The notes under the pieces: generated by a model
The model's input: the letters and a program-made list of their open reading frames with translations, nothing else
Database searches by the model: none
What the model was told of the DNA's origin: nothing
Virus record (IMG/VR): IMGVR_UViG_3300020043_004254
Location: 1 to 24,818 of that record
From: a virus
Lineage: Duplodnaviria > Caudoviricetes
DNA length: 24,818 bases
Direction: 5' to 3' (one strand)
Part shown: in pieces, positions 16,368-24,818 of the stretch
Layout of the letters: each line of letters opens with the position of its first letter
How positions within the stretch are numbered: the stretch's first letter is position 1
Position numbers and translations under genes: made by a program

Positions 16368-16656
16368 CGGAAACCAGGCGGAAATCATCAAGGCCCTGCG
16401 AGACAGCGGGGCCTCGGTGACCTCTCTGCATCAAGTGGGGCAGGGGGTGCCAGACATCCTAGTAAGCCACGCGGGAGTCTGGTATCTGATGGAGCTGAAG
16501 ACTCCGAAAGGCTCGGTGAATGAGATTCAGAGCGAATGGATGAAAAAACAAAAGGCCCCTGTGTATGTCGTTAGAACCCCCATCCAAGCCTGCGAAATCA
16601 TCGGACAGACTTGGAGAACAGCCCTCGGGGATGATTTGGAAAAAGGAACGCGATAG
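16345..16656 (+). CDS. PD-(D/E)xK nuclease, VRR-NUC/Holliday-junction resolvase-like
   Basis: RRAAKVDGNQAEIIKALR...GVPDILV...LMELKTPKG. Confidence 0.8.
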   Translation: MRRAAKVDGNQAEIIKALRDSGASVTSLHQVGQGVPDILVSHAGVWYLMELKTPKGSVNEIQSEWMKKQKAPVYVVRTPIQACEIIGQTWRTALGDDLEKGTR

Positions 16657-16969
16657 GTGGACCCAGATTGTCCGGCCCGGCCAGCATCGATTGATGGCGG
16701 TATGGCGAGGGAAGCACTGGGTGGTGGTCCGGAATTTCTGGAAACCCAGCGTTCTGCAATGGGATTTTCCCGTTATACTAGGCAAGTGGAAAACCGCCAA
16801 AGAGGCGAAACAATTCTGCGAGGAATACCATGCCGCTGAAGAAGGGCTCAAGTCAGAAGACCATCTCCAAGAACATCCGCACGGAGATGAAAAAGGGCTA
16901 CCCGCAAAAGCAGGCGGTAGCCATCGCGCTCAGCGTCGCCGGAAAGTCCAAAAAGAAGAAGTGAAATGA
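16631..16969 (+). CDS. Trp-rich hypothetical protein
   Basis: Likely start ATG 16631 ([10 protein letters not shown]...[15 protein letters not shown]); its tail overlaps the next small gene. Confidence 0.45.
   Translation: MIWKKERDRWTQIVRPGQHRLMAVWRGKHWVVVRNFWKPSVLQWDFPVILGKWKTAKEAKQFCEEYHAAEEGLKSEDHLQEHPHGDEKGLPAKAGGSHRAQRRRKVQKEEVK
16830..16964 (+). CDS. Small basic phage protein (44 aa)
   Basis: [44 protein letters not shown]; SD GAGGA; a pattern I recognise from phage head/packaging regions; absent from the ORF track. Confidence 0.8.
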   Translation: MPLKKGSSQKTISKNIRTEMKKGYPQKQAVAIALSVAGKSKKKK

Positions 16970-19086
16970 CAGTTTCTGTTCTCCATCAGAAAGTGTCCGC
17001 TATTGCGGACGACCCGGCCTCTGTTGCCGCTGGAGAAGTGGTCCCTTCAGACTGGAACGCTTCCCACAATATAACGATGGATTCTGGTTTTCTGTTGGGG
17101 CGCTCTACCGCAGGCGCAGGGTCTGCTGAAGAAATCACAGTAGGGTCTGGCCTTTCGCTGTCAGGCGGAACGCTATCAGCCTCGGCTGGCGTCTCGTCAT
17201 TCAGCGCCGGAACGACAGGCTTCACGCCAAACACCGCAACGACCGGGGACGTTACCCTTGCCGGGACGCTTGCTGTCGCGAACGGCGGGACTGGCGTTAC
17301 GACCTCCACCGGCACAGGGTCTGTTGTTCTTTCAACTGGTCCAACGTTTGCGCCTGATGTTGTGATGTCTGGTTCTTCGTCTAATCCTATTTTGCGAATT
17401 ACCCAAACCGGGGCTGGCAATGCTTTGCTTGTTGAAGACCAAACAAGCGTAGATGCGAGTCCTTTCGTCGTATCTGGGTCGGGGAATGTAATTTTAGGGC
17501 ACACCGTTCAGCTGGCTGGAGCGCAATACAACCCCTCGCTTGAGGTTTTTGGGTCAGATCCATCTTTGTCGAGCATTGGGCAATTCCAATACTCGGCGGA
17601 TACTTTAGGGTCTAGGTTCCAATTAAACAAAACTAGAGGCACCGCGCCAGCGACGCATACTGTTGTGCAGCAGAATGATGAATTAGGCGCGATTCAGTTT
17701 TCGGGGTCTGATGGCACGAATTACATTCGCGGAGCGAATATTAGAGCGCTAGTAGATGGCACCCCAGGCACAAACGATATGCCCGGTCGACTTGTGTTCA
17801 GCACTACGGCGGTTGGCTCCAGTTCTCCGACCGAAAGAATGCGAATCGACAACGCCGGGAATGTCGGAATTGGCGGAACCCCAACAGTTGATTTGCTGCG
17901 GCTCACAGGAACCGCCTCGGGCGGCACGACAATCAACGGGCTTACCATAGACGAATTGGTTGGGAGCGGGGTTACTAGCGCCTATCGCAGCGTATTAAGC
18001 CGACCAATTCTTGAAAACGCAACCTTCACTCTTAACAATCTTTATCATTTTTACTCAAACCCACAAACAAAACCCGCAGCGGCAACGCTGAGCAATCAAT
18101 ACGGATTCTTTGCAGAATCGACCCTGACTGATGCAACCGTCAATTATGGGTTCTACGGGAACATTGCCTCAGGGACTGGGCGTTGGAATGTCTACGCTGC
18201 CGGAACAGCTCCAAACTATTTCGCGGGGAATGTTGGAATAGGGCAAGAGCCCGGAAGCGTCGCGTTGCGATTGGGCGGAACAATCTCCACGAGCGGAACG
18301 ACGGTAAACGGAGCAACGCTTAGCCAGAGAATCGCGAGCAGTCAGACCGGCGGTTATTTTGGAATTTACAGCGCAACGAGTACAGAAGCCGCGACCTTTA
18401 CTGCGGCCAATTTCATTCATTTTATGGTTGACCCTGCCGCGAAAGGCGCTGGATCAACAATTACTGCACAGTTTGGATATTACGCGCAAAGCTCACTAAA
18501 CGGCGGAACGAACAACTACGGGTTTTACAGCAACATTGCTGCGGCAGGGAATCGCTGGAACTTCTACGCAAACGGAACGGCACAAAATTACTTTGCCGGT
18601 AATACATTTATCGGCGCAACAACCGGCGACCAAGCTCTCAATGTAAGTGGAGCGGTGCGTGTTGCGAACATCACGACCGCAAACCAAACCTCTGCCGGAA
18701 CGATGGATTTTACCGGCGGCGCTCTACGTTTTCTTGTGTGGGGGTCTGCTGGCGTTCAGGGAACAATTCAATGGTGGACAGCGCCTGGCGGTTCCGGCGC
18801 AACGCAGCGAATGACTCTGACGGGTTCCAATAACCTCGGGCTCGCCACTGCGACATTCGGAACAAGCGCAACGAATACGTTCTCAATTGCGTCAGGAACA
18901 GCACCAACGTCCGGCGTTGCTGATACCGTGCAGCTGTACTCAAGCGACTTAAGCGCCGGGAACACTATTCCCAGTTGGTATACAGAAGGCACCAACGTCG
19001 GGACAGGAACGCCGACAGCAAACAGGACAATTGCGGTTAGATATAACGGAACGGTCTACTATTTACTCGCGAGCACAATCCCATGA
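16966..19086 (+). CDS. Tail fibre/receptor-binding protein
   Basis: 706 aa, G/T/S/A/N-rich; TLAVANGGTG, ERMRIDNAGNVGIG and two ~123-aa internal repeats. Confidence 0.8.
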   Translation: MTVSVLHQKVSAIADDPASVAAGEVVPSDWNASHNITMDSGFLLGRSTAGAGSAEEITVGSGLSLSGGTLSASAGVSSFSAGTTGFTPNTATTGDVTLAGTLAVANGGTGVTTSTGTGSVVLSTGPTFAPDVVMSGSSSNPILRITQTGAGNALLVEDQTSVDASPFVVSGSGNVILGHTVQLAGAQYNPSLEVFGSDPSLSSIGQFQYSADTLGSRFQLNKTRGTAPATHTVVQQNDELGAIQFSGSDGTNYIRGANIRALVDGTPGTNDMPGRLVFSTTAVGSSSPTERMRIDNAGNVGIGGTPTVDLLRLTGTASGGTTINGLTIDELVGSGVTSAYRSVLSRPILENATFTLNNLYHFYSNPQTKPAAATLSNQYGFFAESTLTDATVNYGFYGNIASGTGRWNVYAAGTAPNYFAGNVGIGQEPGSVALRLGGTISTSGTTVNGATLSQRIASSQTGGYFGIYSATSTEAATFTAANFIHFMVDPAAKGAGSTITAQFGYYAQSSLNGGTNNYGFYSNIAAAGNRWNFYANGTAQNYFAGNTFIGATTGDQALNVSGAVRVANITTANQTSAGTMDFTGGALRFLVWGSAGVQGTIQWWTAPGGSGATQRMTLTGSNNLGLATATFGTSATNTFSIASGTAPTSGVADTVQLYSSDLSAGNTIPSWYTEGTNVGTGTPTANRTIAVRYNGTVYYLLASTIP

Positions 19087-19220
19087 TAAAACTAGAACTG
19101 ACAGTTGAGGAAGTGAACATCATTCTGCAAACGCTCGGAAATCTTCCGACCAGCTCCGGCGTATGGCCGCTGGCGGTTAAGATTAAAGAGCAGGCCGAGG
19201 CGAATGTAAAAAATGATTAG
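19083..19220 (+). CDS. Small tail-fibre-associated protein (45 aa)
   Basis: MIKLELTVEEVNIILQTLGNLPTSSGVWPLAVKIKEQAEANVKND; ATGA overlap with the fibre gene. Confidence 0.7.
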   Translation: MIKLELTVEEVNIILQTLGNLPTSSGVWPLAVKIKEQAEANVKND

Positions 19221-19536
19221 TTACACCTGGAAGGTTACGAAATTTGAGGTCATCGATGAAGGCCCACTCTCCGACGTTGCGGTCATTAGCTACTTTGAGT
19301 GTAACGGAGAAGAGGACGGGCTTAAGGGCATGGCTGGAAGCGATGTTCGTCTGCTTCCTCCTGACCCCGACAATTTTGTTCCTCTGGATGACGTTACTGC
19401 TGACGAGGCTGTTGCTTGGACCTTGGCGGCCCTCGGAGAGCGTGCACAGGTTTATGAGGAAATGGTTCTCCAGCAAATCGAAGGACAGAAGCTCCCTCAG
19501 CCGAGAGCAGTAGAACTGCCTTGGATGGATGGCTAG
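19213..19536 (+). CDS. Acidic tail-fibre-associated protein (possible chaperone)
   Basis: SYTWKV...FVPLDDVT...AW...LPW pattern; follows the fibre gene. Confidence 0.65.
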   Translation: MISYTWKVTKFEVIDEGPLSDVAVISYFECNGEEDGLKGMAGSDVRLLPPDPDNFVPLDDVTADEAVAWTLAALGERAQVYEEMVLQQIEGQKLPQPRAVELPWMDG

Positions 19537-19876
19537 CGGCTTTCAGCAGAATGCCTTTCAAGACTCCGCCTTTCAGGTCGGGGCGGTTGTCTCTGTCCGC
19601 AAAGGTGGAATCGGGAAGAGGTACCCCAAGCGGGTAACAGTCGACGGGCGTGTCTACACTGTCCGCAGCCGTGAGGAGGAAATAGCCCTCCTACGCAGAC
19701 TGACAGAACAAGCCAACGACCAGGCCGCTATCGCAAAGGGCCTCGGAGACGAGGTTCTTGCCAGGCGAATCATCAAGAAAGCCGAACGCCTCGAAAAGAA
19801 GGTAGACGAGCGCGCAATCCTGCTGCAAAGGCTGTTGAGGGATGACGAAGAAATCCTATTACTTCTGAGTGCGTAA
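19529..19876 (+). CDS. Hypothetical protein
   Basis: 115 aa; N-terminal FQQNAFQDSAFQ and C-terminal DDEEILLLL; overlaps the upstream stop. Confidence 0.65.
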   Translation: MASGFQQNAFQDSAFQVGAVVSVRKGGIGKRYPKRVTVDGRVYTVRSREEEIALLRRLTEQANDQAAIAKGLGDEVLARRIIKKAERLEKKVDERAILLQRLLRDDEEILLLLSA

Positions 19877-19877
19877 C

Positions 19878-21038
19878 ATGAATAGATTCCAGCAGCTTGT
19901 TGGCGGACTTCTCAATGCAGCCCCAGACCTCGGCGCAGGCGTGGCAAGGGGGGTGACCGCTGACGTCTTGGGAACCCCTGTAGACACCCTGAACACTATC
20001 AGGCAGGGGCTCCTGATGCCCGCACAGGCAGGGAACCCGGTAGCCCGTGGAATTGTAGGGCTCCTCGGGCCTGTCCAGCAGACGGGCACTAGTGACTACT
20101 TCGCACAGCAGATGGGGCTTCCTGAGGGCCAGGGGATGGCCTACGAAGCAGGCCGGATGCTGTCCCCCAGCCCTAGCGACCTGATGTCCCTTGCAAGGCG
20201 TGCGCCCTCCATTCAAGAACTCATCACCTACCACGGAACCCCGCACCAGTTCCCTGCGACAGAGGCCAACCCCTTGGGAGAGTTTGACGCCTCCAAGATT
20301 GGGACCGGAGAGGGGGCGCAGGCTTACGGGCATGGGATTTATGTTGCTGAATCGCCGGATGTTGCAAAAGGATACAGAGAATCATTGTCAAATAATGTGA
20401 TTGTGGATGGCAAAAAACTTCAGACCATTCCATCAGATAGCCCGATTGCACAAGCTCAAAATAATGTTATTACTGCAATGACTCAACAGAAAATGAGCCC
20501 TCAAGATGCGATTGCATATACAGTTAAATATTGGAACGACGCCGCCAACGAAATGGCTGCTTTTGTAAAAACGAACCCTGAACTTGCAGACAGAATAAAT
20601 AAAGAAGTGGCTTCTCGCAGGGAAATTGCAAAGTCAGCTTCATTGTTGAAACCAGAAAGTTTTTATAAAGACCCCGGCGCTTTGTACACCGCTGACCTTC
20701 CAGACGAAATGATTGACAAGATGCTGGACTGGGATAAGCCGCTGAGTGAGCAGTCGGAGGCGGTGCAAAGCGTGTTGCGCGGAATGTGGCTGAAAGCCAA
20801 AAAATCATTTGAAGGACTCGACCCAAACGGAAACCCAATAGCCGGACAAGTGCATCATTTGTATTCGCAGCATCGCGGCGGAAATACTGCCACAGTCGCG
20901 GAAGAGCTAAGAGCATCAGGAATCCCCGGCATCAAATACCTAGACGCTGGCAGCCGAGGCGATAAAGCAAAGCCCACCCGCAACTTTGTTTTGTTCCCCG
21001 GTGAAGAGAAAAAAGCCAAAATCATAAAGAGGGAGTGA
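19878..21038 (+). CDS. ADP-ribosyltransferase-like protein (polyvalent-protein ART-like domain)
   Basis: YHGT..., FDASKIGTGEGAQAYGHGIYVAE, LY..DLPD, LDWDKPLSEQ, GIPGIKY, NFVLF: the YHG / G.Y / G.DG-type layout of ART folds in phage polyvalent proteins. Confidence 0.65.
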   Translation: MNRFQQLVGGLLNAAPDLGAGVARGVTADVLGTPVDTLNTIRQGLLMPAQAGNPVARGIVGLLGPVQQTGTSDYFAQQMGLPEGQGMAYEAGRMLSPSPSDLMSLARRAPSIQELITYHGTPHQFPATEANPLGEFDASKIGTGEGAQAYGHGIYVAESPDVAKGYRESLSNNVIVDGKKLQTIPSDSPIAQAQNNVITAMTQQKMSPQDAIAYTVKYWNDAANEMAAFVKTNPELADRINKEVASRREIAKSASLLKPESFYKDPGALYTADLPDEMIDKMLDWDKPLSEQSEAVQSVLRGMWLKAKKSFEGLDPNGNPIAGQVHHLYSQHRGGNTATVAEELRASGIPGIKYLDAGSRGDKAKPTRNFVLFPGEEKKAKIIKRE

Positions 21039-21039
21039 T

Positions 21040-21315
21040 ATGGCCGGACTCCTCGACAAAGACACACTGCCCTGCAACAAGCCAAGGCGCACCCCAGCAC
21101 ACCCAAGCAAAAGCCATGTGGTCAAAGCCTGCTATGACGGAACGGAGAAAATCATCCGATTCGGAGAGCAGGGAGCCAAGACCGCAGGCAAGCCTAAGGC
21201 GGGGGAATCCGAGAAGATGAAACAGAAGCGCAAGTCTTTCAAGTCCAGACACGGCAAGAATATTGCCAAAGGGAAGAGTTCAGCAGCCTACTGGGCGGAC
21301 AAGGTTAAATGGTAG
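21040..21315 (+). CDS. Small basic phage protein
   Basis: KIIRFG...RKSFKSRH...SAAYWADKVKW; SD GGAG; begins MAGLLD. Confidence 0.75.
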   Translation: MAGLLDKDTLPCNKPRRTPAHPSKSHVVKACYDGTEKIIRFGEQGAKTAGKPKAGESEKMKQKRKSFKSRHGKNIAKGKSSAAYWADKVKW

Positions 21316-21389
21316 GGCAATACCAGAATGTTCCAAAAGTGACACCAAGGGATTATCCTACCAGCACAAAAATTTAGGATTGGAAACGA

Positions 21390-21650
21390 ATGGCTCTGAG
21401 AGGCGGGCAACCGGGTAACAACAACGCAGGCAAAGCCAAAATCTGGAGCGACGCCATCAGGCGTGCTGTTTTGCAGGGCAAGAAGCTGGACAGCCTAGCC
21501 AATGCCATCATCACGGCAGCAGAGGGTGGAGACATTGCAGCCCTGAAGGAAATCGGGGACCGCCTAGAAGGTAAGGTTACTCAGACAATCGCAGGAGAGG
21601 ATGGGCCGGTCGAACTGGTCATCACATGGTCCGACAGCACTGCCAAATAG
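21390..21650 (+). CDS. terS: Terminase small subunit (putative)
   Basis: GGQPGNNNA...AEGGDIAALKEIGDRLEGK; overlaps the start of terL. Confidence 0.65.
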   Translation: MALRGGQPGNNNAGKAKIWSDAIRRAVLQGKKLDSLANAIITAAEGGDIAALKEIGDRLEGKVTQTIAGEDGPVELVITWSDSTAK

Positions 21651-22903
21651 CCTACGCTCCTCGACCGCTTCAGCTCGAATACCACAACCGGAAGGAACGC
21701 TGGGCCATTGCGGTATGTCACCGCAGGTTCGGCAAGACGGTGATGGTCTTGAATGACCTCGTGAGGGATATCGTCACCTGCCCGAAACCAAGACCGAGAG
21801 GGGCCTACATTGCGCCCCTGTACCGCCAGGCTAAGGCGGTGGCTTGGGACTACCTTCAGGAGTTCACCCGAGCCATTCCGGGGATGACCTATAACCAAGC
21901 CGAGCTGAGGGCAGACTTCCCGAATGGAGCACGGATAAGCCTATATGGAGCTGATAGTCCAGATTCTCTTCGCGGTATTTATCTGGATGCTGTGGCTCTT
22001 GATGAATACGCCCAAATGAGCGAGCGGGTCTGGGAGGAAATCATCCGCCCAGCACTGGCAGACCGGAAGGGCCGGGCTACCTTCATCGGCACCCCCATGG
22101 GCCATAACGCCTTTTATCAGCTCTACTCCCGTTACCGAGAAGACCCCGACTGGTATGTCGTAGTCCACAAGGCCAGCGAAACGAAGTACGTGGACGAGGA
22201 CGAGCTTGCAGACCAAAGGAAACAACTGAGTGACGAACGATACGCGCAAGAATTCGAATGCAGCTGGACCGCTGCCATTGTCGGCAGTTATTACGGCCGT
22301 CTGCTCGAAGATGCAGAAAAGTCAGGCCGACTTCGAAACATCAGCGCGGACCCAGGATACCTTGTTGAAACTTGGTGGGACCTTGGTATTGGAGACTCAA
22401 CGGCAATCTGGTTTGCCCAGAGGGTCGGACCGGAAGTCAGACTTCTGGACTACTACGAAAACAACTCAGAACCCTTGAGCCACTATGCTCAAGTAGTCCT
22501 TGAGAAGGCCCGCAAGAACAAGTGGACCCTCGGGGATATTGTCCTGCCGCATGACGCCAAACAAAGAAGCCTAGACACTGGGAAAGCCCGGGTGGATACG
22601 CTGTCTGACCTGTTGGGACAAAGACCCCTCGTGCAGGCTCAAAGCAGGATAGAGGATGGCATCGAGGCGGTACGAAAAATGCTGCCGAATTGCTGGTTCG
22701 ATGCGTTACACTGTGCAGCAGGTCTGGACGCGCTCCGCCACTATCGTGCTGAGTATGACGAGGTGCGGAGAACCTACCGATTGAGGCCGGTTCATGACTG
22801 GGCCTCGCATGGTTCTGATGCGTTCAGAGTAGGTGCAATGCACAAGGGGCGGCAGGAAAAACGCTGGGAACCCATCAAATACTCGAACAAGGGGATTCTG
22901 TGA
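21626..22903 (+). CDS. terL: Terminase large subunit
   Basis: Walker A HRRFGKT, LRG...Walker B VALDEY, GTP coupling motif, nuclease WDLG and HDWASHGSDAFR. Confidence 0.95.
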   Translation: MVRQHCQIAYAPRPLQLEYHNRKERWAIAVCHRRFGKTVMVLNDLVRDIVTCPKPRPRGAYIAPLYRQAKAVAWDYLQEFTRAIPGMTYNQAELRADFPNGARISLYGADSPDSLRGIYLDAVALDEYAQMSERVWEEIIRPALADRKGRATFIGTPMGHNAFYQLYSRYREDPDWYVVVHKASETKYVDEDELADQRKQLSDERYAQEFECSWTAAIVGSYYGRLLEDAEKSGRLRNISADPGYLVETWWDLGIGDSTAIWFAQRVGPEVRLLDYYENNSEPLSHYAQVVLEKARKNKWTLGDIVLPHDAKQRSLDTGKARVDTLSDLLGQRPLVQAQSRIEDGIEAVRKMLPNCWFDALHCAAGLDALRHYRAEYDEVRRTYRLRPVHDWASHGSDAFRVGAMHKGRQEKRWEPIKYSNKGIL

Positions 22904-23022
22904 ACACCGCCTTTCTCATTAAGCGTATCGCCGAGCTGGCCGCAGAGGTTGCAGCCCTGAAAGCTGCGGTGACTGCGCTGGAAGCCCGACTGGAGAAGCG
23001 GAAAAATGCCAAAGCTGAGTGA
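22900..23022 (+). CDS. Small coiled-coil protein (40 aa)
   Basis: GTGA overlap with terL; MNTAFLIKRIAELAAEVAALKAAVTALEARLEKRKNAKAE. Confidence 0.55.
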   Translation: MNTAFLIKRIAELAAEVAALKAAVTALEARLEKRKNAKAE

Positions 23023-24818
23023 CTCCCAAATCCTTGCCCGAGCCCAGATGGAGGTCACCTCCACAATCGGGCGTTGGGGCTCTGAAATCTCCAACGAGCG
23101 AGCGGTCGCCCTCGACTACTACCTTGGCGAGGAATACGGGGACGAGGTAGAGGGCCGCAGCCAGGTCATCACTCGCGAGGTGATGGAGACGGTTGAGTGG
23201 ATTCTCCCGTCCTTGGTCCGAATCTTTGCTGACGCTGACAATCTGGTGGTCTTTGACCCTGTCGGTCCTGAGGATGAGCAGCAGGCCCAGCAGGAGACAG
23301 ACGTTGTCAATTATGTGTACTGGAAGCAGAACAAGGGCTTTTATAATACCTACACGTTCCTGAAGGACGCCCTGCTCTCAAAGAACGGTATTCTCAAGGT
23401 CTGGTGGGACGACGAGGAAATCGAGGAGCGGGAAGAGTACACCGGCCTTGATGAGCTGGGGATTATGCAGTTGATGGCTGACCCGACCGTGACTCGGGAG
23501 CCTCTGGAAGTGGAGATGGCCGAGGACGGCTCGATGTCCGTCTCGTTCAAGACCACAAAGAACAAAGGGCGGGTCAGGATTGAGCCTGTCGCCCCCGAGG
23601 ACTTCGGCATCAGCCGGGACGCCTCAAGCCCCTACGCGAAGGACGCCCGGTCTTGCTATATGCGGGTCCAGAAGTCCAAGTCCGACCTGATTGAGGCGGG
23701 ATACGACCGCGAACTGGTCGAAAGCCTTCCGACCTCTGACGACGTAGACACCCCGGAGAAGATTGCCCGAGACCGCCTAGACGATGAAGGTCTGGCGACC
23801 GTCTACACGCACGACACTTACTGGATAACCGAGTGCTACCTCTACCTTGACCGGAACGACGACGGGATAGATGAGCTGCTGAAGGTCACCTACGCCGGAG
23901 ACCCGGACGGTGGCGGCTCAGCTACCCTGCTGGATGTGGAAGAGGTAGACCGCATCCCGTTTGCCACAGCCACCCCTGTCATCTTGACTCACAAGTTCTA
24001 TGGACTCTCCATCGCCGACCTGACGATGGACATCCAGCACATCAAGTCCACCCTGTTGCGGCAGGTTCTGGACAACACCTACCTTGCGAACAACTCACGG
24101 ACCGTGGTGAACGACGAGTTCGTGAACATGGACGACCTGCTGACCAGTCGTCCTGGCGGGGTTATCCGAGTTCGTGGCGACCAGCAAGCCGGAGCCTATG
24201 TTTCGCCCCTGCCGCACTCTCCGTTGCCGCAGGAGACCTTTCCGCTGATGGAGTACATGGACAACCAAATCAAACAGCGCACAGGCGTTGGCGATGAGGT
24301 TGCCGGACTCGACAAGAACGCACTGAGTAACGTCAACACGGGTGTGGCTGCACTGGCTTACGACGCCGCCCGCATGAAGATTGAGCTTATCGCCCGAATC
24401 ATGGCCGAGGTGGGCTTCCTGCCTTTGTTCAAGGACATCCACGAGATTCTGAGCAAGAACCAAGATAAGCAGATGGTTCTGAAGCTGCGCAATCAGTGGA
24501 TTCCTGTGAACCCCGGAGAGTGGCGGGAACGCGAGAACATCACGGTCAAAGTGGGGATGGGTAACCAGTCCCGCGAGCGCCGGATTATGGGAATGATGCA
24601 GATTATTGACCTTCAGCAGAAGTACGCGGGGGCGGGGGCGATGGGCTCGCTCGTTCTTCCCGAGCAGATGTGGCAGGCCAACAAAGAGCTGGTTCAAGCC
24701 ATGGGATTGCAGCCAGAGCTGTTCTTCATGGACCCGAAGATGGCACCGCCTCCGCCTCCGCCGCAGCCAGACCCCGCAGCCATGGCGGCTCAGGTTCAGG
24801 CTGAAGCCCTGATGCTGG
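23006..24818 (+). CDS. Portal protein (P22-like), 3'-truncated
   Basis: Reads from ATG 23006 as MPKLSD...ALDYYLGEEYGDEVEGRSQV...VEWILPSLVRIF...KDALLSKNGILKVWW and appears open to the window end; follows terL. Confidence 0.9.
   Translation, partial: MPKLSDSQILARAQMEVTSTIGRWGSEISNERAVALDYYLGEEYGDEVEGRSQVITREVMETVEWILPSLVRIFADADNLVVFDPVGPEDEQQAQQETDVVNYVYWKQNKGFYNTYTFLKDALLSKNGILKVWWDDEEIEEREEYTGLDELGIMQLMADPTVTREPLEVEMAEDGSMSVSFKTTKNKGRVRIEPVAPEDFGISRDASSPYAKDARSCYMRVQKSKSDLIEAGYDRELVESLPTSDDVDTPEKIARDRLDDEGLATVYTHDTYWITECYLYLDRNDDGIDELLKVTYAGDPDGGGSATLLDVEEVDRIPFATATPVILTHKFYGLSIADLTMDIQHIKSTLLRQVLDNTYLANNSRTVVNDEFVNMDDLLTSRPGGVIRVRGDQQAGAYVSPLPHSPLPQETFPLMEYMDNQIKQRTGVGDEVAGLDKNALSNVNTGVAALAYDAARMKIELIARIMAEVGFLPLFKDIHEILSKNQDKQMVLKLRNQWIPVNPGEWRERENITVKVGMGNQSRERRIMGMMQIIDLQQKYAGAGAMGSLVLPEQMWQANKELVQAMGLQPELFFMDPKMAPPPPPPQPDPAAMAAQVQAEALML

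Noticed and set aside
21331-21385. Possible promoter (TTCCAA-N17-TATCCT), inverted repeat and 10-mer ATCCTACCAG shared with 13856-13865, upstream of terS
   Set aside because: Weak consensus, and a single 10-bp match can occur by chance in 25 kb. Not enough to call a promoter or pac site.
24095-24697. 200-aa minus-strand ORF and other antisense ORFs over portal and terminase
   Set aside because: They lie opposite clearly recognisable plus-strand genes and show no protein-family features.

Overview
Fragment of a tailed dsDNA phage with P22/podovirus-like structural genes; the host cannot be determined. Left to right: end of a tail/DNA-stabilisation gene, four Gly/Ala/Gln-rich candidate ejection proteins, lysis genes (GH108 endolysin, holins) and a metallophosphoesterase; a leftward early operon (ERF recombinase, SSB-like protein, C5 methyltransferase); a divergent control region with a Cro-like gene but no CI; a rightward early/middle operon (HTH proteins, a structured non-coding region, nucleases); then tail fibre, an ADP-ribosyltransferase-like protein, terminase and a partial portal. 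The main signal is at 11119-11980: a solo 199-aa RAMP/Cas7-like gene flanked on both sides by perfectly phased 5-bp arrays that read NN-GGC on the transcribed strand (33 and 14 units, constant triplet, variable dinucleotide). This suggests a compact RNA-guided system with a non-contiguous guide code, resembling what I recall being reported as VIPR. Next to it is a C5 methyltransferase dual-coded over about 710 bp in two frames, and a GLL(D/G/M) motif recurs across predicted virion-internal proteins. All family assignments come from motif recognition by eye; no searches were run.
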